A DNA stretch of 64,000 nucleotides from Blastocatellia bacterium (GCA_033856915.1 JAWVEB010000002.1:24672-88671), one strand, 5' to 3'. Positions 48,320 to 56,802 are shown, counted from the first letter of the stretch. Numbers and translations are program-made. The notes: generated from the sequence alone by a model not told the origin.

Positions 48320-51300
48320 CTAAGTGATCCTTAGTTGTTGAGGCGGCGGATCGATCAAACGAAAGGTGTGCGCCTGAGGCCCATCGCGAAAGAAGGCGCG
48401 CAAGTAACAAGGACGACGCACGGCGTCCAGAGTGAACTCATGTGAAACCGGAGTTCCACTGTGCAAGCTTAGGTCACTGATAGTAGCGAGCAGAATGCCG
48501 TTATTGTTAGGTAGCGGCTGAATGTCGCCGCGCTTGGCAATTACTACAATTTCGGGGAGGTGCTTAGCCTCTCTCTCCGCGTTAAAGGTGATAGTTATAC
48601 GGTTGCGATGTAACCAGTTACCGCGCGAAATCGAGTAGGAAATAGAAAGAGGTAAACTCGTGCGCAGTAAATCGTGCGCTCCTGGACTGATACCCGAGCT
48701 GTAGATGTCTTCGCCGTCGACCTGGGTAACCGCAAAGACGACTACGTAATAAGGAGCTTTCGCCGGATCATTGATACGAAAACCACCCTCGCCATCATAC
48801 TCTCCCCGCGAGATGCGGTGCGTAGTCGCGCGAGCGTCCAGTGGATCATGGGGATACGCATCATGCCGCCAGGCCACAACGGCCAATCGAGAGTCCTCGG
48901 GCCAGCGCCATTGCAACTGCAAGTACCGACCGAAATCCACCGCTTTAAGGTGTGATACGTCCTGAGTGGTCAGATAGCGGCGAGCATTGCCAATCACAGC
49001 CACATCCCCAGCTATAGTCACTGGCACATAGAACGCAGGCTGAGTCGAGGGAGCAAAATCAACCGCAAGGTTATTCAATTCAATGCGCAGCGGTACGCCC
49101 AGAGCGGCCAGTTTTGCGGCCGGAATCTGCTCACCGATCCGCCACTCTGGCTTTTGAAACGTGCGGTAGAAACTGACCGCGCCATGCTTAGGTGGAACCC
49201 ATGAGACATGCACCACGCCCTCTTCAAGAGTGATCTGAAACTCGTCGATTGCCGGTGGGGGCTGCTCAGGCCTCACGCTCCGGACAATGCCGGATGTAAA
49301 GACCGGCTGTCCCTTCGCGTCTCGATACTCAACCACCACCCGGTAGTAATAGAGATGACCGTTGCTCACTCCCCGGTCCAGGAGATTGTGTGGCCCGGTG
49401 GGCGCGATTTCTAGACCATCGCCGGCTCTGCTCGGTGGCCTGCTTTCCTGCCTGAAGACACGCACGCGCCCTTCAGGCACATCAAATTCCCAGGAACAGT
49501 TGACCAGGCCGCCGCTCGCTTCGACGCTGAGGTTGCTTACTTCTTGCATCACCAGCATGCCGGCGGAAGAAACTCCCTTGGAAAGCACACCTGTACGTTC
49601 AGTAAACACTGTGTAAAAGACATGGCTGGCGGGACGCGCCCTTTGATCAAGGCATGAGGTGGTAGCGACCCTCGCAACCACGTCGCCGTCGGCAAGCGAC
49701 AACGCCGCTCGTCCTTCACGACGAACGATGATGTACTCGCTTCCCCCTACCGCCGGACTGGGCTGCCACTCGACCTGCACCTTTCCCTCGTGCGATTGAG
49801 CGAGCACGTTCGCGGCCGGTTCCGGTGGACAGCGTTGAAGCCCTCTTTGTGCTTCTTCAGCGTCAGCGACAATCTGAAGGGCGTCCTGGTAGGCAAAAAC
49901 TGCTTCGTTCAACCTTCCCTTTTGTTCACACTCTCGGGCCTTCGTCAAGAGCCCCTTACACAGTTTCAGCTTTTCCTCTACTTCGCCTTTCAGTTGCGGG
50001 AGATCTTTGCCGTCAAGCCCTAGATAGTTCGGTGCGACCGTGGCCAGAGAGGCGAGCTTGGTTCGTGCGGCAAAGAACCGGCGAGCCGCCACGGTTTCAT
50101 CAATTTCTCGCCGCAGGCCGCGGACCTGTTCGACGGCAACTTCAATTCGGTCGAGCAGCTTAGCCACATCACCCGAGCGTTCCCACAACCTCTCGGCTTC
50201 GCGTGCCGTCTCATGCGATTCTTCGATCCGACCTTCACCAAGTTCCAGTTGGGCCTGGCGTACGAGCAGGCGAACGCGCGGCAAGTCGCCGGTTTTGAAC
50301 CCACATTTGGCGCAGGCAGGATCACTGGCCGCCGCGCGCGAAGAGCACCTGGGACAGGTGGTCCATAGCTCCGCCCCGCAGGTTGTACAGCTCTGCGCGT
50401 TTGTCTTAAGGGGCACCAGGGCCAGGCATTTCGCGCAACGAACTGTCTCTTCGTCGGTGGACCATTCGACAGCAGCGCCGTACTCTCGCGCCAGAGTCAG
50501 AATGTATTCGGCAGCGGTCTCCTGCGCCAGACCGTGACTCAGGGCCACACCGAGCAACTGCTTGAACTCAGCTTTCGTGATCAGTTTGTCGCCCGCCGCC
50601 AATCGCACTTCCGGTCGCAGTACTTCAACAGCTTCATAGGCCAGAGCGGCGTCATACTTCGCGGCATCGCCGTCAACCATGTGCGTCTTAATCAGACCCA
50701 GCAGCAGATTGGCGTTGGTTAAGGTAAAGTCGCTTTTCTTTTGCCGCCACTCCAACTCGCGTTTGCGAAGACTTTCGGTCAGTCGGTCTTTCGAACAGCC
50801 CCGGTCGACTCCCAGGAACTCATATAGGTCGCGCTTCTGTAAGACATTGAGCCCGCTTCTGATCTGTTCGCGGGTCCCCTTGGGCAGTCCTTCGTTTGTC
50901 GGCAGTCGTACCGAAGATTCCCTGATCGGCACGCGCACCCGCGATCGGATCTCCTGTTCCGTCAAACTCTCGCACCGGTGTTGGGCCAATAGCACACTAA
51001 GTTCACCTGGGTCGATATAGCCTTTCGAGGCGACCATTCGGATTGACCTATCCAGTGCAGCGAAACGCTTCTCTCGGGATTTCTTACGCTCTGCCTCGAC
51101 AAGTTCGCGTACCGCTTTGCGAGCTTCCGAATCCAGCAGATTACGCCTGGCATCCTGCTGTTCTTTTGGCGCCAGCAAGACTGACAACACTTTGCCAAAG
51201 CGCGGATTCTGTTTACTTTTGTTCCAGTAGGCGTGGACAGTCGTGATCGCGGTCTCGATCTCTTTCGGGTCTGAGACTGTGATCGGCAGATCATAGCGCT

Positions 51301-51394
51301 CAAAGCAGTCGGGTAACCGGCTCTCACTCTTGAAAGCGTCCACGGCCGGGCTCAGCACCCGTTTGATATAATCAGCTTCGTCGAATTTCCACAT
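48320..51394 (-). CDS. J-like / double zinc-ribbon protein with helical (TPR-like) middle and C-terminal beta-rich (FN3/Ig-like) repeats; paralogue of 51610..53349
   Basis: The first ~375 aa are homologous to the next gene, and aa 1-67 are identical. The J-helix-like segment is RDLYEFLGVDRGCSKDRLTESLRKRELEWRQKK, with no HPD. The zinc ribbons are VRCAKCLALV...CTTCGAELWTTCPRCSS...CAKCGF. The C-terminal ~500 aa are rich in short beta-strand patterns. Confidence 0.7.
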   Translation of the reverse strand: MWKFDEADYIKRVLSPAVDAFKSESRLPDCFERYDLPITVSDPKEIETAITTVHAYWNKSKQNPRFGKVLSVLLAPKEQQDARRNLLDSEARKAVRELVEAERKKSREKRFAALDRSIRMVASKGYIDPGELSVLLAQHRCESLTEQEIRSRVRVPIRESSVRLPTNEGLPKGTREQIRSGLNVLQKRDLYEFLGVDRGCSKDRLTESLRKRELEWRQKKSDFTLTNANLLLGLIKTHMVDGDAAKYDAALAYEAVEVLRPEVRLAAGDKLITKAEFKQLLGVALSHGLAQETAAEYILTLAREYGAAVEWSTDEETVRCAKCLALVPLKTNAQSCTTCGAELWTTCPRCSSRAAASDPACAKCGFKTGDLPRVRLLVRQAQLELGEGRIEESHETAREAERLWERSGDVAKLLDRIEVAVEQVRGLRREIDETVAARRFFAARTKLASLATVAPNYLGLDGKDLPQLKGEVEEKLKLCKGLLTKARECEQKGRLNEAVFAYQDALQIVADAEEAQRGLQRCPPEPAANVLAQSHEGKVQVEWQPSPAVGGSEYIIVRREGRAALSLADGDVVARVATTSCLDQRARPASHVFYTVFTERTGVLSKGVSSAGMLVMQEVSNLSVEASGGLVNCSWEFDVPEGRVRVFRQESRPPSRAGDGLEIAPTGPHNLLDRGVSNGHLYYYRVVVEYRDAKGQPVFTSGIVRSVRPEQPPPAIDEFQITLEEGVVHVSWVPPKHGAVSFYRTFQKPEWRIGEQIPAAKLAALGVPLRIELNNLAVDFAPSTQPAFYVPVTIAGDVAVIGNARRYLTTQDVSHLKAVDFGRYLQLQWRWPEDSRLAVVAWRHDAYPHDPLDARATTHRISRGEYDGEGGFRINDPAKAPYYVVVFAVTQVDGEDIYSSGISPGAHDLLRTSLPLSISYSISRGNWLHRNRITITFNAEREAKHLPEIVVIAKRGDIQPLPNNNGILLATISDLSLHSGTPVSHEFTLDAVRRPCYLRAFFRDGPQAHTFRLIDPPPQQLRIT
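50270..51394. repeat. paralogous 5' module, copy 1 (matches 52225..53349)
   Basis: The ~315 nt at the 5' ends are near-identical between copies (1 aa change in the first ~105 aa). There are further identical patches, e.g. gcttgaactcagctttcgtgatcagtttgtcgcccgccgccaatcgcacttccggtcgcag. Overall identity is ~80% aa over ~375 aa. Confidence 0.85.
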
Positions 51395-51609
51395 CGCCTA
51401 GATTCCGGCAGAGTACTCATGAGACGTTTGACCCGCCTGACTGTTGCATAACCGGCAGGTAGACACCCTGTTGATTGGCCTTTTCCGTGACAAACCTAGT
51501 TTCAGTCATTTACATACGCACCGGCGTGTTGTTGTGAATCAGTTAGACGAATCACCTATCACCGTGATCTGAGTTCATGGCTACAATGCCCAATCCGTTG
51601 GAGCAGACA

Positions 51610-53349
51610 TTAGTGACCTAGCGATTTCGCGGACTGGTGTGACACAAAGGAATGCGATTCGGACCAAGCCGCCTCCTTACTTCTCAACGCCCAAAGTGTA
51701 AAGGTTCCCTTAAAGCCCTTCATCTCCACGTCGTCATGCCGCACCCAATTGAGGCTCCGATGGTGCTTCGCCCAATAATCATCTACGTGTTCTTTCGCTT
51801 GGTTACTCAACCAAATTTCACTCGCTTCTTTGATGGCGCCGAGCACCCGAGCGGCAAAGTTCACAGTTCCGCCAAAGACGTCATTATCTTCAACCTGCAT
51901 CGGACCGATATGAATGCCCGCGCGAATTTGCACGTGCGAGTGACCAGTCTCCGCTTGCAACGCCATGCCGTAGTCCAACGCCTTATCCACAGACTTAAAC
52001 GTCACCATGAAGCTGTCGCCGATGGTTTTGACTTCCCGCCCGCTGTATTCATTAATTAGTTTGCGGCTTTGCCCGAAGTGCGCGCGCCGGACTTCGTTCA
52101 TGCTCTCTCCCTTAAGTTCTTCACCGAGAGATGTCGAGCCGACGACATCCGTGAAGATAATCGCCAACACGACGCGATCGCCCCCGGCCCAGGCAGAAAA
52201 ACTCGGACCGCTTATTCCGCTGCGCGCCGACTCCACGAACATTCCCATTTTGAATCCACATTTGGAGCAGGCAGGATCGTCTACCGGCATGCGTGCAGAG
52301 CACTTTGGACAGTTGGCCCATAGACCTTCTCCGCACGTTGTGCAACTCTCCGCTTTGGTCTGGAGGCGTACCTGAGCAAGGCAGTTCGCACAATGAACTA
52401 CATCTTCGTCGATAAACCATTCGACGACAGCGTCGTACTCTCGCGCCAGGGTCAGAATGTATTCCGCGGCAGTTCCCCTCGCCAGACCGTGGCTCAGTGC
52501 AACACGCAGTAACTGCTTGAACTCAGCTTTCGTGATCAGTTTGTCGCCCGCCGCCAATCGCACTTCCGGTCGCAGAACCTCGAGAGTCTCGTACGCGAGC
52601 GCGGCATCGTACTTCGCGGGATCGCCGTCAATCAGGTACGCCTTAATGAGACCTAGCAGCAGATTCGCCGCAGTCAAGTTAAAGTCGCTTTTCTTTTGCC
52701 GCCACTCCAACGCACGTTTGCGAAGACTCTCAGTCAGTCGCTCTTTCGAACCACCTCGCTCGACTCCGAGGAAATCGTACAGGTCGCGCTTCTGCAGAAC
52801 GGCGAGCGCGCTCCTGATCTGTTCCCGCGTCCTCTTGGGCAGCCCCTCAGAAATCGGAGAGCGCAAGGAAGATTCCCGGATCGGAACGCGCACCCGCGAC
52901 TTGATCTCATCTTCCGTCAAACTCTCGCGCTGGAAACGAGCCACTAGGTCATTGAACTCACCGGGACCGATATAGCCCTTCGAAGCGATCACTTCGATCG
53001 ACCTGTCCAGAGCCGCGACTCGCTTTTCACGGATCTTCTTACGCTCCGCCTCGACAAGTTCGCGTACCGCTTTGCGAGCTTCCGAATCCAGCAGATTACG
53101 CCGGGCATCCTGCTGTTCTTTTGGCGCCAGCAAGACTGACAACAACTTGCCAAAGCGCGGATTCTGTTTACTTTTATTCCAGTAGGCGTGGACAGTCGTG
53201 ATCGCGGTCTCGATCTCCTTCGGGTCGGAGACTGTGATCGGCAGATCATAACGCTCAAAGCAGTCCGGTAACCGGCTCTCACTCTTGAAAGCGTCCACGG
53301 CCGGGCTCAGCACCCGTTTGATATAATCAGCTTCGTCGAATTTCCACAT
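51610..53349 (-). CDS. J-like / double zinc-ribbon protein fused to a class III nucleotidyl (adenylate/guanylate-type) cyclase domain
   Basis: It has the same N-terminal module as 48320..51394 (DLYDFLGVERGGSKERLTESLRKRALEWRQKK; CANCLAQV...CTTCGEGLWANCPKCSA...CSKCGF). Cyclase motifs are VLAIIFTDVVGSTSL, REVKTIGDSFMVTF, IRAGIHIGP, FGGTVNFAARV and VEMKGFKGTFTLWAL. Confidence 0.85.
   Translation of the reverse strand: MWKFDEADYIKRVLSPAVDAFKSESRLPDCFERYDLPITVSDPKEIETAITTVHAYWNKSKQNPRFGKLLSVLLAPKEQQDARRNLLDSEARKAVRELVEAERKKIREKRVAALDRSIEVIASKGYIGPGEFNDLVARFQRESLTEDEIKSRVRVPIRESSLRSPISEGLPKRTREQIRSALAVLQKRDLYDFLGVERGGSKERLTESLRKRALEWRQKKSDFNLTAANLLLGLIKAYLIDGDPAKYDAALAYETLEVLRPEVRLAAGDKLITKAEFKQLLRVALSHGLARGTAAEYILTLAREYDAVVEWFIDEDVVHCANCLAQVRLQTKAESCTTCGEGLWANCPKCSARMPVDDPACSKCGFKMGMFVESARSGISGPSFSAWAGGDRVVLAIIFTDVVGSTSLGEELKGESMNEVRRAHFGQSRKLINEYSGREVKTIGDSFMVTFKSVDKALDYGMALQAETGHSHVQIRAGIHIGPMQVEDNDVFGGTVNFAARVLGAIKEASEIWLSNQAKEHVDDYWAKHHRSLNWVRHDDVEMKGFKGTFTLWALRSKEAAWSESHSFVSHQSAKSLGH
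52225..53349. repeat. paralogous 5' module, copy 2 (matches 50270..51394)
   Basis: See copy 1. Confidence 0.85.
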
Positions 53350-53373
53350 CGCCCGATGCCCTTGCGGCGCAAG

Positions 53374-55056
53374 CTACGAGACGGTCTGTTTCAACAGCAT
53401 TCCCTTGCTGGCTTCGATTTCCTGTTGGCTCATAACGCCTTCAACCTTTACTTCCAAATTCAAATCTCTACCTGAAGAGGGCTCCACCGCTGTAACACTC
53501 AGCGTCCCGTCCTCCGCGAGGCGAAAAGTGACGTGAATCGGCGAACCCGCAGGCAGGTTGGCTGGCAAAGGCGCGATCTCGCCCTCGCTGATCAACCTGT
53601 TGTCTTCAGGTGACGGAGATTGCGTCTGGCCGGCCTGCTCCATGACGCGCACCGAGACCTGCTGTTGGTTTGGCCTGAGCGTGCCAAATCCAGTCTCGGT
53701 AACTTCGACGGGAACCGGTGTGTTGTTCTGGATTAGATATGCCACATACTCCTTTTCACCGTCCTCAGCATCAACCGCAACTACGCCGAAACCCTTGGAA
53801 CAAACGTTGATGATTTTTCGCGTAGCCATGTCGGCGAGATCTTTGCTCGGCAGACGAAACTTCCCGCCGGCCGTAGCAGTTGCTTTCTTTGCAGCCTCCG
53901 CGATAGTTCCCTGATCGATCTCCGCCAGATCAACCTCCTCGATCGTCGTTCCCGTCTCGTTGGCAATGATCTCCCTGATCATTTCGCCCGCCATGATCTT
54001 CTGGCCCATTAAGGCCGCGCCCTTCGCCACTGACAAATCGGGTTCGAAAAGATTAGTCTCGATCCCAAACTCCTCTTGCATTCTCCGGGCAACAGCGGGC
54101 ATTTTACTTAGGCCTCCGACCAGCAGGATCTGATCGATTTTGCCGATGCCTTTTCCCTTGGCTTCTTCCAATACATGTCGCGTCAGATCAATCGTCTGTT
54201 GCAAGAGATCGGCGGTCAACTCTTCCAGTTTCTCTCGCGTTACCTCGACACGCGCCCGCTTGCCGTTGTGGGAAACCATCAGCGGATATTTCTCTTTCGC
54301 GGACAATCCCTTCTTGATCTCTTCTGCCGATTTGGCAAGCTCTTGCATCGAATAGGGGTCGTCGAGAGGATTGCTCTCACCGGCGTTCTCAGTCATGAAC
54401 TGTTCCGCCAAATATTCGATCAGCCGATCGTCCCAATCTTTGCCCCCCAGATTGTGATTGCCGCCTGTAACCACGACGCGAATATCTCCTTGTTCCATGG
54501 CGATCACCGTGATGTCAAAAGTGCCGCCGCCCAAATCGTAAACGAGCACAACCTCATCACCTTTTGTTTTGTCGTCGCCGTAGCAGATTGCCGCCGCCGT
54601 TGGCTCATTGAGAATATTGACGACGTTCAGGTCAGCCAGGATCCCGGCATTCTTGGTCGCTTCGCGTTCGTTGATCCCGAAGTATGCGGGGCAAGTGATC
54701 ACCACATCTTTGATCTGGTCGCCGACCGTCTGCGAGGCGTCGCTGGCCAGCTTGCGCAAAATGTAGGAAGAGATTTCCTCAGGCCGATAGCTTTTGCCGT
54801 CTATCTCGCGGCTGAACGTCGCGTCACCCATATTGCGCTTCACGAATTCCACGACCCGCCCGGGATCAACCTTACTGGCATTCTTTGCTTCCTTGCCCAC
54901 GACAATGTTGTCCGCACTTTCAAAATGAACGACCGAAGGCGTGGTCAGGTCTCCCTCGAAGTTTGGCACCACGACGGGCTTGCCCCACTCGTCCACATAG
55001 GAGATACATGAATAGGTTGTGCCAAGATCAATTCCGTAGATACGACTCGCGGTCAT
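53374..55056 (-). CDS. non-canonical short Hsp70-family chaperone (NBD + beta-SBD, no helical lid or EEVD tail)
   Basis: Motifs are YGIDLGTTYSCISY, VITCPAYF...ILNEPTAAAICYG, VLVYDLGGGTFDITV and ILLVGGLSKMPAV. The SBD-like part is IHVTFRLAEDGTLSVTAVE. Its ATG overlaps the stop of the GrpE-like gene (ATGA). Confidence 0.9.
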   Translation of the reverse strand: MTASRIYGIDLGTTYSCISYVDEWGKPVVVPNFEGDLTTPSVVHFESADNIVVGKEAKNASKVDPGRVVEFVKRNMGDATFSREIDGKSYRPEEISSYILRKLASDASQTVGDQIKDVVITCPAYFGINEREATKNAGILADLNVVNILNEPTAAAICYGDDKTKGDEVVLVYDLGGGTFDITVIAMEQGDIRVVVTGGNHNLGGKDWDDRLIEYLAEQFMTENAGESNPLDDPYSMQELAKSAEEIKKGLSAKEKYPLMVSHNGKRARVEVTREKLEELTADLLQQTIDLTRHVLEEAKGKGIGKIDQILLVGGLSKMPAVARRMQEEFGIETNLFEPDLSVAKGAALMGQKIMAGEMIREIIANETGTTIEEVDLAEIDQGTIAEAAKKATATAGGKFRLPSKDLADMATRKIINVCSKGFGVVAVDAEDGEKEYVAYLIQNNTPVPVEVTETGFGTLRPNQQQVSVRVMEQAGQTQSPSPEDNRLISEGEIAPLPANLPAGSPIHVTFRLAEDGTLSVTAVEPSSGRDLNLEVKVEGVMSQQEIEASKGMLLKQTVS

Positions 55057-55832
55057 TTCCCTGTTTCCTCCGTTGGTTGATCGGCACTCACGGCCTTTTC
55101 GTTGTCTGTTGCCTCATCCAGGGCGGCGCCCCGTGTGAAGCGAAACACCTCAGCCTCTAAAATGCGAATGATCTTTGTGTCAGTGCGGAAGCCTACGCGC
55201 ACGACACGCGCAATTGCCCTATCAAAGCCAGCGTTCTGCGTGGGAACGACGCCAAGAGCCTTCTGTTCTTTGGAATTGAATGGTGAGCCCTCTAGAGCTT
55301 CGTACCGCTCAACTCCGTGCCGGTAGAGGACATCCTCGACGGCATCGCAGAAAGACTTGAAATCACGTGAGATCTCTTTCATGTCTGCGTCGGCGCGCTC
55401 TTCAAATCTTTTCCCGGTCTGCTTGAGGTCGTCGTAGAGCCTTATGAGATCACGAAATAGCGGAGCGACGGCTTGCGAAATCTCACCGGCACGGAGCTGC
55501 TGATTCTCCTGGTGCAAACGGTCAATTATGCGTTCGCGATCGCTGGAAAGAACGTTAGCTTCCTCGAGAAGGGCGGCTAGCTGCTCGACACGTTGACTCA
55601 AAATCTGAATACCCTCGTTATGCTGGTCCGTGGCAGCCTCAACCTGTTGGTTGGGGACGACCTCTGCTGTAACAACTTGTTCTACTGAAGGGACGTCAGT
55701 GGGTTCTTCTGACACAACTGAATTCGTCGGCGTAATCTCGGAAGCGGGCGGCTGCTCGCCTTCCGGTTCGTTCTGTTCTGCGAGACCCGTGCTTGTTTCA
55801 TCTACACTCATGAAAGTTCCCTCTACAGTCAA
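55053..55832 (-). CDS. GrpE-like nucleotide exchange factor (probable start ATG at 55811)
   Basis: It has an acidic N-terminus and a long coiled coil (VEQLAALLEEANVLSSDRERIIDRLHQENQQL). The C-terminal beta domain is GVERYEALEGSPFNSKEQKALGVVPT...IARVVRVGFRTDTKIIRILEAEV. GAGGGA precedes the ATG at 55811. Confidence 0.7.
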   Translation of the reverse strand: MTVEGTFMSVDETSTGLAEQNEPEGEQPPASEITPTNSVVSEEPTDVPSVEQVVTAEVVPNQQVEAATDQHNEGIQILSQRVEQLAALLEEANVLSSDRERIIDRLHQENQQLRAGEISQAVAPLFRDLIRLYDDLKQTGKRFEERADADMKEISRDFKSFCDAVEDVLYRHGVERYEALEGSPFNSKEQKALGVVPTQNAGFDRAIARVVRVGFRTDTKIIRILEAEVFRFTRGAALDEATDNEKAVSADQPTEETGK

Positions 55833-56055
55833 TCGCCTGACGACGCATTCCGAAGGTGAATCCTAGGGTGCCCGCGGTGAAGCCAATCCCAATACAACAG
55901 GTATTCCCACGAGCCCTGCCGGTGGAGGTCAGCACCACTAAATTGGTATCAAAACTTGGCGAAAACCGGCTGAGTGAAGTTGAAGAGAAGTTCGGTTCTC
56001 GTCTCTGGCAGAAATACCGATCCTTCGTACGGCGCGGCACCTGCTACAACAGCTG

Positions 56056-56247
56056 CTATCGTGACTTGAACACATCACTGATCGCATCAACGCTTCCTCG
56101 ACCCAAATACCCGAAAGCGTCCGCAATCTTGTCAGGCTTTCCACTCACTGCATAAACGATGCTTTGCACCAGACAGACCACAAAGTAGCCGGAGATTTTG
56201 AAGCTGGCTAAGAGTAGGTTTCCGAAAAGCTCGAAGGGTCCTGGCAT
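56056..56247 (-). CDS. 63-aa small membrane protein (unknown)
   Basis: AGGAAGG lies 7 nt upstream of the ATG. It has one hydrophobic helix (GYFVVCLVQSIVYAV). It has the same orientation as the Hsp70 cluster. Confidence 0.45.
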   Translation of the reverse strand: MPGPFELFGNLLLASFKISGYFVVCLVQSIVYAVSGKPDKIADAFGYLGRGSVDAISDVFKSR

Positions 56248-56406
56248 TTAGCACCTTCCTAACAAGTCGAAGCGAACTGTCCTAGGAGATCGCATCCGGG
56301 TTGCACACCAAAGAGCGGACACGGGCCTACGTCAAATTCGCTGTCTCGACATTAAGGCAGACAACCGCGCGCGGGCCCGAGTTCAAGTCAACCCCGTAGG
56401 AAGAGG

Positions 56407-56574
56407 CTATAACCAGCCTTTTCCATGGCACACCCCGCACTTAACGACGCCGGAGCCATGACAATTCTTGCACTGGGATGAAGAAGTTAAGAGGCTACCG
56501 CTTAGCCTGCCTTTACCATGACACTTCGGGCACTTTACGGAGCCTTTTCCGCTGCAGGTGTTGCACTTTGGCAT
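56407..56574 (-). CDS. 55-aa DnaJ-type cysteine-rich zinc-finger mini-protein (below the ORF-track cutoff)
   Basis: Hand translation gives MPKCNTCSGKGSVKCPKCHGKGRLSGSLLTSSSQCKNCHGSGVVKCGVCHGKGWL, which contains four CxxCxGxG repeats. AAGGAGG lies 9 nt upstream of the ATG. Confidence 0.7.
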   Translation of the reverse strand: MPKCNTCSGKGSVKCPKCHGKGRLSGSLLTSSSQCKNCHGSGVVKCGVCHGKGWL

Positions 56575-56752
56575 AGAGAGACTCCTCCTTCAGATCTAAA
56601 ACGTCGAAGAGCAGTTCCTTCATAGGATTTCGACTGGTACGGGAGAATGCGATGTTCGCGGGTTCTGAGGACCAGCCATGTTTATAGCAAAGCCCGCGCA
56701 CGATAATTCAAACAAGGGGTTGGAGTCAAGGATTTTCGGGTGTCGTGTCGTT

Positions 56753-56802
56753 AGCACATGATATGTCCGGTTGAGTCAGCACATGAACTGCCCGCTTTGA
56801 GT
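56753..56802. repeat. two tandem ~25-nt direct repeats upstream of the zinc-finger mini-gene
   Basis: The repeats are agcacatgatatgtccggttgagtc and agcacatgaactgcccgctttgagt (~19/25 identity, 1 indel). They are intergenic, ~180-230 nt upstream of the ATG at 56574 on the minus strand. Confidence 0.5.

Noticed and set aside
51610-53349. Calling the shared N-terminal module a bona fide J-domain
   Set aside because: The DLY(E/D)FLGV...LRKR helix pattern is J-like, but the catalytic HPD tripeptide is absent in both paralogues. It is described only as J-like and needs structure prediction.
54175-55011. 278-aa plus-strand ORF
   Set aside because: It is antisense to the Hsp70 gene, whose signature motifs are all intact. 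I treat it as a shadow ORF.
56513-56701. 62-aa minus-strand track ORF overlapping the zinc-finger mini-gene
   Set aside because: It has no motif and no convincing SD. The alternative frame gives four perfect CxxCxGxG repeats behind AAGGAGG, so that one is preferred.
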